From: Bradyrhizobiaceae bacterium
Lineage (GTDB): Bacteria; Pseudomonadota; Alphaproteobacteria; Rhizobiales; Hyphomicrobiaceae
Direction: 5' to 3'
NCBI GenBank assembly: GCA_947475855.1
Contig: CANJPN010000001.1
Location: forward strand, 1-44,478
DNA: 44,478 bases
Below are positions 37,759 through 44,478 of this stretch, piece after piece. The notes under the pieces are model-generated. The model was not told the DNA's origin, ran no database searches, and saw only the letters and a program-made list of their open reading frames with translations. Numbering within the stretch: the stretch's first letter is position 1; every line of letters starts with the position of its first letter. Position numbers and translations under genes: made by a program.

Positions 37759-38796
37759 TTACACCTCGGCAGCCTTCGCATGAATATCGATCAATTCCGG
37801 GATGGTCTCCACCCGGCGGCGGCCGAAACCGCATTCGGTGCCGATCCCGAAGTCGCGGCGGTAGCGCTGTGCCGTCGCCATGCGGCGGCGCGTGCCGTCC
37901 AGGCCGTCCGTGTGATGCACGAGGCCGAGGACCAGCAGCGTCTTGGCGCTCAACGCCAGCCGTCGCAGCGGCTCGAAATAGGCGTCGTCGGAACGATCGC
38001 GCGGCACGGGCATGTGGATCAACTGGATCGGACGCGGCACGCGGCGGGTCAACTCGTTGGCGAGATCGACCATGTCTCCCATGTCGGTGGGTTCGACGAC
38101 GTGCTTGTGATTGGCGTCGCCGTAGCAGAAGTGGAACAGCAGATCGATGCCCGCGGGAACGTGCCCCGCGAGGTCGATCAGGATGTCGGCAAAGCGCGCC
38201 TGCATGTCGGACTTGGTCGCGCCGTAGCTCGATGCCTGTCCGCGTTGCAGGCGGGCGAACACGGCCGAGGCCACATCGAGCTGGATCGCGACATCGGACG
38301 CTGGGATCGCCGCTGCGATCTTGTCGATCTCGCGCTTCACGGCCGCATTATAGATCGGGTCCAGCGCCGCCTGCAGGTCGTCCTCGACATAGAGCCACAG
38401 CACGGAATGCGCCGGCACCAGATCGACCTGCAGTTTGACATGGGCCGGCACGGCGCCGTCGCGCTTCGCCTCTCTCAGCGCGGCATAAGATTGGATCGCC
38501 TTGTCGGCGTAGAAGAGGTTGGCGAAGGTGACGTCCGAGGGCTTCTTGCCGGGACGCAGCGTGTAGCGGACGTGCGGATCGGCGCCGTCGTGGACTCGGA
38601 ACAGCTTGCCGGACGGCATCAGCGCGGGATCGTCGCGGAAGATCGGTTCGAGCCAGGTGATCCAATCCAGGCGCTCGCCGGTTTCGCCGTCGGGCAGCCA
38701 TCGCAGGTGCGAGCCGAGCTTGCCGCCGATGGTGCGGAACACTTCCCCGGCGTCGGCCATGGGCACGCTTCCGACGAGATAGACGGGACGGGACAT
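37759..38796 (-). CDS. MetE-C-terminal-like (UROD/MetE superfamily) putative Zn-dependent enzyme
   Basis: This is the distal 345 aa of track ORF 37759..39912. The ATG at 38796 has GAGGAA upstream. LLFHFCYGD and GIGTECGFGRR resemble the His/Cys...Cys zinc ligand motifs of cobalamin-independent methionine synthase. The upstream about 370 codons of the track ORF are antisense to the dehydrogenase gene. Confidence 0.7.
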   Translation of the reverse strand: MSRPVYLVGSVPMADAGEVFRTIGGKLGSHLRWLPDGETGERLDWITWLEPIFRDDPALMPSGKLFRVHDGADPHVRYTLRPGKKPSDVTFANLFYADKAIQSYAALREAKRDGAVPAHVKLQVDLVPAHSVLWLYVEDDLQAALDPIYNAAVKREIDKIAAAIPASDVAIQLDVASAVFARLQRGQASSYGATKSDMQARFADILIDLAGHVPAGIDLLFHFCYGDANHKHVVEPTDMGDMVDLANELTRRVPRPIQLIHMPVPRDRSDDAYFEPLRRLALSAKTLLVLGLVHHTDGLDGTRRRMATAQRYRRDFGIGTECGFGRRRVETIPELIDIHAKAAEV

Positions 38797-38946
38797 GGGC
38801 GTTTCCTCGGTTCTCGCGCTGCGATCTGAGGCTCGCTGGTTAGTGCATTGCGGGCACGATTGCCAACCCGCCGGGGGCGAGGGTGCTTTACAGGTGACGG
38901 CGCGATGGTGTTGAGAGGCTCGAACGACGCCATCGCCGGAGCCGAG

Positions 38947-39915
38947 ATGACAGCCCCCCCGCCCCCCGTCCGCACCCAGGTGCTCGTGCTCGAGCGGTTC
39001 GCCGACGAATATGCGCGGCATCTGCGCGAGGCGTTCCCCGTGCTCGACGTCCACACCGCGGGCACGCTGGCCGAGATCGTGGTGCCGCTCGACCGGGTGG
39101 ACGTGCTGGTGGCCTTCGGGGTGGCGATCGACGACGGCCTGATGATGGGCGCGCGCCGGCTCAAGTGGATCCAGTCGTTGGCGACCGGCGTCGATCACTT
39201 CCTGAAGTCGCCCGGTCTGCGCAAGGAGACGCTGCTGACCAGCGCGCGGGGCATCCACGGCGCGCCGATGCGCGAAACGGTTGCGATGTTGCTGCTGGGC
39301 GTCACGCGCAATGTCCGGCGTCTCGTCGACAATCAGCACGCCAAGGTGTGGGAGCGCGGTAATCCCTGGCCGCTGCTCGCGGGCAAGACCGCGCTTGTCG
39401 TCGGTTCCGGCGTGAGCGGCAGCGCGATCGGCTCGCTGCTGCAGGCGTTCGGCATGACGACGATCGTGGCGACGCGCAGTCCGAGAGCCGTGGAGGGTTT
39501 CGACCGGTCGATCGCGGTGGCCGACCTCGCGACCGAAGTCGCCAAGGTCGATGTGCTCGTCGACGTGCTGCCCGGGGGGACGGAGTATCAGAATACGATC
39601 AGCCGCGCGGTGCTCGAGGCGATGAAGCCGTCGGCGGTGTTCATCAACGTCGGGCGAGGCGAGACTGTGGACGAGACGGCGCTGATCGACGTGCTGGCCA
39701 AGGGACGCATCGCGGGCGCCGGCCTCGACGTCGTCGCCCGCACGCCGCTCGATGCTGCGAGCCCGCTGTGGGAGATGCCGAACGTGCTGCTGTCGCCGCA
39801 CATCGGCGGATATTTCGCCGAGTACGAGCAGCACATGATGCCGATCCTGATCGAGAATATGCGGTTGTTTCTCGCCGGACGCGGCGCAGAGATGCGGAAC
39901 CTGATCGGGCATTGA
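38947..39915 (+). CDS. D-isomer-specific 2-hydroxyacid dehydrogenase family, NAD-binding
   Basis: The product has LAGKTALVVGSGVSGSAIG (Rossmann), FINVGRGETVDE, and GAGLDVV...PLW..PNVLLSPHIGG (the catalytic His context). Confidence 0.85.
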   Translation: MTAPPPPVRTQVLVLERFADEYARHLREAFPVLDVHTAGTLAEIVVPLDRVDVLVAFGVAIDDGLMMGARRLKWIQSLATGVDHFLKSPGLRKETLLTSARGIHGAPMRETVAMLLLGVTRNVRRLVDNQHAKVWERGNPWPLLAGKTALVVGSGVSGSAIGSLLQAFGMTTIVATRSPRAVEGFDRSIAVADLATEVAKVDVLVDVLPGGTEYQNTISRAVLEAMKPSAVFINVGRGETVDETALIDVLAKGRIAGAGLDVVARTPLDAASPLWEMPNVLLSPHIGGYFAEYEQHMMPILIENMRLFLAGRGAEMRNLIGH

Positions 39916-39986
39916 TTTGGGAACATAGGTTGGCGCATGACGCGCGTTACCGCGAAGCCAGCTTCATGTGGCGCCGAACTAAAATG

Positions 39987-40083
39987 CCGTCGTCATGCCC
40001 CGGTTCAGCCGGGGCATCCACGACACCGTGCCCTCAACTCCCAGCGTGTCGTGGATGGTCCGCCTGCGCGGACCATGACGGCG
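39987..40083. repeat. Composite three-hairpin palindromic element (Bradyrhizobiaceae-type REP)
   Basis: The outer arms are cgtcatg and catgacg. Three 9-bp hairpins are present: atgccccgg/ccggggcat, ccacgacac/gtgtcgtgg and atggtccgc/gcggaccat. Confidence 0.7.
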
Positions 40084-40142
40084 TGTGGGGGCTTTGGGGG
40101 TACCACCAATGACCGAGGGCCATCACCACGGACGCTGGGCAT

Positions 40143-40224
40143 GTAGGGTGCGGTAGGGCGTCTGCCCGTACCGCACCGGGTTGCCGGAAATCGGTGCGGT
40201 GCGCTTCGCTTACCGCACCCTACG
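40143..40224. repeat. REP-like element, GTAGGGTGCGGTA family, copy 1
   Basis: The element gtagggtgcggta..taccgcacc..ggtgcggt..taccgcaccctac forms two inner hairpins plus outer GTAGGGTGC/GCACCCTAC arms. Confidence 0.7.
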
Positions 40225-40587
40225 TCTGCGATGACGAGGCGAGGTGTCGGCCATCACCACGCCTGCCGCACCGAGCGCCACATCTGGCCGGGCAGGCGGG
40301 TCCAATAGTCGAGCGAGAGCGGGCCGCGGCGGTCGCAGACGTTGCGATCGGTGATGCCGCGCAGGATCGGGTCCTCGAGCTCGATGTCGGCCAGCGCCTG
40401 ACGCCGCGTCCTCGGCCATAGCCCCCTCACGCCCGATCCGAGCCGCCATCAGGCCACAAGCCGCCGCCACCGGGCAAGACCATTCGCGCCACATGTCCGC
40501 AAATCACCGCCAACCTTTGGGGTTGCTTACATCCCAAGCCTGGGAGAAAAGTCGCCGCGACGCCAAGCGAAGGAAGGGAACGGCCAC

Positions 40588-42144
40588 ATGAATGCGATGG
40601 ACACGAACGGGGCCAAGGGCACCACGCCAGACACGGACCAGTTCCGCCTGCGCCGGTTCATCGAAAGGCTCGCCAATACCGAGGAACTGGAGACCCGGAG
40701 CGAGCCGGTTCCGCTGGCGAACGTCGCAGCCGTGCTCGAAGGCAACCCGCGGGCGGTCCATTTCCGCAAGGCAGGGCCCGAGGGACAAGAACTCGTCGGT
40801 GGCGTCTGCGCCAGCCGTGCGCGGCTCGCAACCGCGTTCGGCGTCGAGCCGGATCGGCTTGCCCTGGAGGTCCAGCGCCGCTGCCGCAATGCGCCCGTGC
40901 TCGTCGACGTCGCTCGTGCCGACGCGCCATGCCAGCAGGTCGTGCTCGAAGGCAAAGCCGCCGATCTGACGAAACTGCCGGTCCATCTGCAGCACGGCTC
41001 CGACGGCGGGCCGTATATATCCTCCTCGCTCGATTTCGTGGTCGATCCCAAGACGGGCATGACCAACGTCGGAATCCGCCGGCTGATGCTGAGGGGGCCA
41101 CATGAGGCGGGCGTCGATCTCATCGCGCCGTCCGATCTGCGCGCGATGTTCGAGGCAAGCGTCGCGGCGGGCAAGCATCTCCCGGTGGCGTTCGTCGTGG
41201 GCTGCCACCCGATCGACCACGTCACCGGCACCATGCGGCTGCCCGTCGACGAACTCGGATTGATCTCTTCCATGCGCGGTGCGCCGGTGCCGGTCGTGAA
41301 GTGCGTGACCAACGACATCCGCGTTCCCGCAGACGCCGAATATGTGCTGGAGGGGTATTTCGACGCCAAAGGCTACACCGAGATGGAAGGCCCCTACGGG
41401 GAGTTCCTGGGCTACTACGGCGCGGTCAAGCGCAATCCGGTTTTCCGGCTGACGGCCATTACCCACCGCCGCGATGCGCTGTTCCAGACGAGCACGATTT
41501 CCGGCACCTCGCTCGCCGGCACCGATACCTCGATGCTGAACGTGATCCGCACCGAGGTCATCGTATGGAATGCCCTGCAATTGGCGGTGCGCGAACCGTT
41601 GGGCGTGCATGTCACGGGATCTTCCGGCGGCAGCTTCAACGTGCGGGTGAAGATGCGCCAGCGCGTACCGGGCGAGGCGCGCAACGCGATCCATTCATGC
41701 TTCGCCTCGCTCGCCAACGTGAAGAACGTGTTCGTGGTCGATCCCGACATCGACATCACCTCCGACCAGCAGATGGACTGGGCGCTCGCCACGCGGTTCC
41801 AACCCGACCGCGACCTGATCATCGCATCGGGTACGCGCACGCTCGCGCTCGATCCCTCGCTCAACGGCGCGCGGGTCGGCGGCAAGGCGGGCTACGATCT
41901 GACCTGGCCTATCGGCGCCATGGAAAAGCTGGAGCACCAGGTTCCGGCGCCGCCGACGTACAAGGGCGCGAAGTTCGCCAGTGTCGAAGCCGCGCTTCTC
42001 GATGGGCCGAAGTACTTCGAGGAGCTGATGGCGGCCACGGGAAGCGAGGACGGCCGCGAGATCGTGCGGGCGCTCGACGTGCTGCGGACGGCCGGCCGTC
42101 TCGACCGTGATCCCGAACGCGGGCGCTGGCTCGTGAAGGCGTAG
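40588..42144 (+). CDS. UbiD-family (prFMN-dependent) decarboxylase
   Basis: The 518-aa product shows the family pattern: LQHGSDGGPYISSSLDFVVDPKTGMTNVGIRR, FVVGCHP, EGPYGEFLGYYG and VFVVDPDIDI. The antisense ORF 40504..41694 was rejected. Confidence 0.88.
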   Translation: MNAMDTNGAKGTTPDTDQFRLRRFIERLANTEELETRSEPVPLANVAAVLEGNPRAVHFRKAGPEGQELVGGVCASRARLATAFGVEPDRLALEVQRRCRNAPVLVDVARADAPCQQVVLEGKAADLTKLPVHLQHGSDGGPYISSSLDFVVDPKTGMTNVGIRRLMLRGPHEAGVDLIAPSDLRAMFEASVAAGKHLPVAFVVGCHPIDHVTGTMRLPVDELGLISSMRGAPVPVVKCVTNDIRVPADAEYVLEGYFDAKGYTEMEGPYGEFLGYYGAVKRNPVFRLTAITHRRDALFQTSTISGTSLAGTDTSMLNVIRTEVIVWNALQLAVREPLGVHVTGSSGGSFNVRVKMRQRVPGEARNAIHSCFASLANVKNVFVVDPDIDITSDQQMDWALATRFQPDRDLIIASGTRTLALDPSLNGARVGGKAGYDLTWPIGAMEKLEHQVPAPPTYKGAKFASVEAALLDGPKYFEELMAATGSEDGREIVRALDVLRTAGRLDRDPERGRWLVKA

Positions 42145-42225
42145 GGTGCGGTAGCGCTTCAGCGCGTACCGCACCGGATATCGCTCGTTCAGGCAATGGT
42201 GCGGTACGCTTCGCTGCACCCTACG
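42141..42225. repeat. REP-like element, GTAGGGTGCGGTA family, copy 2 (contains the ubiD-family stop codon)
   Basis: The element is gtagggtgcggta-gcgcttcagcgcg-taccgcacc ... ggtgcggta..gcaccctac. The TAG at 42142-42144 is the stop of the preceding CDS. Confidence 0.7.
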
Positions 42226-42288
42226 GCCGAGTCGAAAATTCGCGGCCGCAATGATAAGAACCACGCTGAGAAACCGGGAGGAACACGA

Positions 42289-43329
42289 ATGTCCGTAATC
42301 AGGTCGCTGCTCGCAGCAACTGTCGCCACGATCGCTACCGTCGGGTACGCGCAGGCGCAGAAGCCGCTGGACAAAGTAAAGGTCGCACTCGCGAAATCGG
42401 TCTCGAACGGGGCCATGCTGATCGCGGTCGAGCGCGGCTATTTCAAGGAAGCCGGCATCGATGTCGAGATGCAGGACATCGACACGGCCGCGGACGCACT
42501 GTCACTCGTCGCCCAGGGCCAGCTTCAGATCGTGGGTGCCGGCGTCTCTGCCGGATACTTCAATGCGGTCGACCGCGGCCTGCCGGTCACCATCACGATT
42601 TCGCGCGTGGCTTTCCCGGCGGGCCACAACCTGATGATCCGTCCCGATCTCAAGGACGAGATCAAGTCGATGAAGGACATGAAGGGGCGCAACATCGCCT
42701 CGAACGGGCCAGGCTCGATCTCCACCTATGAAATAGGCAAGATGCTGGAGCCGCATGGCCTCACGCTCAACGACGTCAACATCAAGATCTTCCCGTTCCC
42801 GCAGTACGCGGTTGCGTTCGCCAACAAGGCTGTCGACGCGGGGCTCGTCATTCCGCCGTGGACGCTGTCCTACGAGAAGCAGGGCATCGCACTGCCGTTC
42901 GGCGACGCCGACAAGCTCGTGCCTGGCCCCGTGACGATATCCGTCAACTTCGCCAACACGGATTGGCTCGCCAAGAACACCGATGTCGCAAACCGCTTCT
43001 ACCTTGCCTATCTCAAGGGCGGCCGGGATTGGTGCCAGGGCTATCACGGCGCCCCGGTTCGCAACGAGATCATCGATCTGCTGATCAAATCGAAGGTAGA
43101 GACGCGACGCGAGGTGCTCGACGGCTTCTGGACCGCCCGGCCAGTCGACGGGCGCGTCGACGAGAAGAGCATTCTCGACGTGCAGAAGTTCTACCTCGAG
43201 CAGAAGATGATCAAGAAAACCTTCCCGATCGAGAAACTCGTCGACTACAGCTTCGTCGACTGGGCAACCAAGCAACTGCCGAAATTCGAGCTGGCGAACA
43301 AGGACAGCAAGCTGGACGGCTGCAAGTAG
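42289..43329 (+). CDS. NMT1/SsuA-like ABC transporter substrate-binding protein
   Basis: GGGAGG lies upstream of the ATG at 42289. The product has a signal peptide (MSVIRSLLAATVATIATVGYAQAQ) and then KVKVALAKSVSNGAMLIAVERGYFKEAGIDVE. Confidence 0.85.
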   Translation: MSVIRSLLAATVATIATVGYAQAQKPLDKVKVALAKSVSNGAMLIAVERGYFKEAGIDVEMQDIDTAADALSLVAQGQLQIVGAGVSAGYFNAVDRGLPVTITISRVAFPAGHNLMIRPDLKDEIKSMKDMKGRNIASNGPGSISTYEIGKMLEPHGLTLNDVNIKIFPFPQYAVAFANKAVDAGLVIPPWTLSYEKQGIALPFGDADKLVPGPVTISVNFANTDWLAKNTDVANRFYLAYLKGGRDWCQGYHGAPVRNEIIDLLIKSKVETRREVLDGFWTARPVDGRVDEKSILDVQKFYLEQKMIKKTFPIEKLVDYSFVDWATKQLPKFELANKDSKLDGCK

Positions 43330-43338
43330 CGCGCGAGG

Positions 43339-43436
43339 GGTGTCAGCCCCTCCGGGTCTGACACCGGGTATCGGCCGTCGATATTCCATGTCATCAGCAC
43401 GCACCTTCCGGTGTCAGACCCGGAGGGTCTGACACC
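43339..43436. repeat. Two GGTGTCAG..CTGACACC palindromic hairpins (second REP family) in the intergenic spacer
   Basis: The first hairpin is 43339-43365, ggtgtcag-cccctccgggt-ctgacacc. The second is 43410-43436, ggtgtcagaccc-gga-gggtctgacacc, with perfect 12-bp arms. Confidence 0.65.
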
Positions 43437-43449
43437 ATCGGGAACGCCC

Positions 43450-44478
43450 ATGAAACGCACCTTTCTCGCACTTGCCTCGCTCGCCGTGTTTGCTCTTCCT
43501 GCCAGCGCACAGCAGCACACCGTCAAGGTCGGCGTGGTCCGCTCGGTGATCACGCTGGCGAACCAGATCTCGATCACGAAGGGCTATTTCAAGGAATACG
43601 GGATCGAAGCGACGGTCGACGATCTCGACACGTCGGCGGACGCCATGGCGCTGCTCGCCGCCGGGCAGTTCAACATCATCGAGGGCGGGCTGGCGGCGGG
43701 GTATTTCAATGCGCTCGCCAAGAAGTTCCCGATCATCATCGCGTCGGATCGCGTGTCCGCGCCCAACAACCACAAGTTCGTCGTGCGAGCGGACTTGAAG
43801 GACCAGATCAAGTCGCCCGCCGACCTCAAAGGCAAGGTCGTCGCGTCGAACGGCGGGCCTGGCGCGATCACGACCTACGAGATCGGCAAGATCGTCGCGT
43901 CGGGCGGGCTGTCGCTGAAGGACATCGATCTCAAGGTGATCCCGTTCCCGCAGATGGTGATCGCGCTGACCAATAAGTCGGTCGATGCGGCGATCGTGAT
44001 CTCGCCGTTCTACGCGCCGATATTCGAACGCGGTGTCGGTTTCGAGCTGATCGATCCGGAAGCCGTGATCGAGAAGGGGCCGTTCTCCAGCGCACAGGTT
44101 TTCATCAACACCGACTGGGCGGCGAAGAACCCGCAACTGGTGCGGGATTACTACGCCGCGTACATGCGCGGCGTGCGTGAATACTGCCAGGCCTATCATG
44201 GGGGACCGAACCGGGCCGAGGTCGTGGAACTCGCGCAGAAGACGGGGATCGAGAAGCGCCAGGAGGTGCTCGAGAAGCTGCCTTGGCCGTCGCGCAGTCC
44301 CTATGGCCGGGCCAGCGTCGCCAACATCCTCGACGTACAAGACTGGTTCCACGCGCAAGGCTCGATCCAGCAGAAGTTCCCCGTGGAGAAGCTGGTCGAC
44401 ACCGCATATGCGGACCACGCGAACGCGAAGCTGGGGAAGTACGAGGTGATCAATTCGGCGAGCACGTTGAAGGGGTGC
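43450..44478 (+). CDS. NMT1/SsuA-like ABC transporter substrate-binding protein, paralogue (3' end runs off the window)
   Basis: I translated this by hand and it is not in the ORF track. MKRTFLALASLAVFALPASAQQHTVKVGVVRSVITLANQISITKGYFKEYGIEATV... is collinear with the 42289 gene. The frame is open to 44478. The antisense ORF 43414..44418 was rejected. Confidence 0.8.
   Translation, partial: MKRTFLALASLAVFALPASAQQHTVKVGVVRSVITLANQISITKGYFKEYGIEATVDDLDTSADAMALLAAGQFNIIEGGLAAGYFNALAKKFPIIIASDRVSAPNNHKFVVRADLKDQIKSPADLKGKVVASNGGPGAITTYEIGKIVASGGLSLKDIDLKVIPFPQMVIALTNKSVDAAIVISPFYAPIFERGVGFELIDPEAVIEKGPFSSAQVFINTDWAAKNPQLVRDYYAAYMRGVREYCQAYHGGPNRAEVVELAQKTGIEKRQEVLEKLPWPSRSPYGRASVANILDVQDWFHAQGSIQQKFPVEKLVDTAYADHANAKLGKYEVINSASTLKGC

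Noticed and set aside
38797-39912. The N-terminal roughly 370 codons of track ORF 37759..39912 (717 aa).
   Set aside because: This part is antisense to the well-supported 2-hydroxyacid dehydrogenase gene and has artefact-like composition. A good RBS and ATG at 38796 start the MetE-like domain.
40504-41694. A 396-aa minus-strand ORF. The similar ORFs 43414..44418, 42502..43404, 4608..5798, 15854..16720 and 16456..17223 belong in the same class.
   Set aside because: All are antisense to CDSs with clear family signatures and have low-complexity Arg/Gly/Asp-rich products.

Overview
High-GC (about 65% by eye) chromosomal segment that looks alphaproteobacterial, Bradyrhizobiaceae/Nitrobacteraceae-like. 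The gene content suggests this: Bug/TctC binding proteins, DUF3126, a PAS-PilZ-BTLCP trio, a SahR-like/metF/split-metH operon and GTAGGGTGCGGTA-type REP palindromes. All calls come from reading the ORF-track proteins and the DNA by eye; no searches were run. Most of the window is core metabolism and housekeeping: kdsA, a KefB/C-type antiporter, a PfkB kinase, recG, hisI, patatin, CBS, rhomboid, gamma-CA, cysE, the methionine-cycle operon, Bug and NMT1-type binding proteins, a UbiD-family decarboxylase and a 2-hydroxyacid dehydrogenase. The stand-out is a roughly 7 kb accessory islet (about 17375-24541) between a DUF3126 gene and cysE. It holds two tandem, diverged paralogues of a giant protein of about 940-970 aa. 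Each has an N-terminal TIR domain, a P-loop STAND-type NTPase, one transmembrane helix and a C-terminal FGE-sulfatase-like domain that lacks the catalytic Cys pair. A ParE-family toxin/antitoxin pair sits between the two genes. Each giant gene is followed by a perfectly conserved 52-nt non-coding element containing a 9-bp hairpin and is preceded by a conserved leader/promoter block. No integrase or transposase is present. I read this as a candidate, experimentally uncharacterised TIR-based (NAD-targeting) immune or abortive-infection module with an extracytoplasmic sensor. Secondary observations: metH is split by a translationally coupled ACP-like membrane gene, a five-gene operon has four consecutive 4-nt start/stop overlaps, perfect AT-rich palindromes are likely operators for the SahR-like regulator, several REP-like palindrome families are present (one supplies the ubiD stop codon), and a 31-codon membrane ORF has a strong SD. 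Many long ORFs in the track are antisense or extension artefacts of high GC and were rejected.
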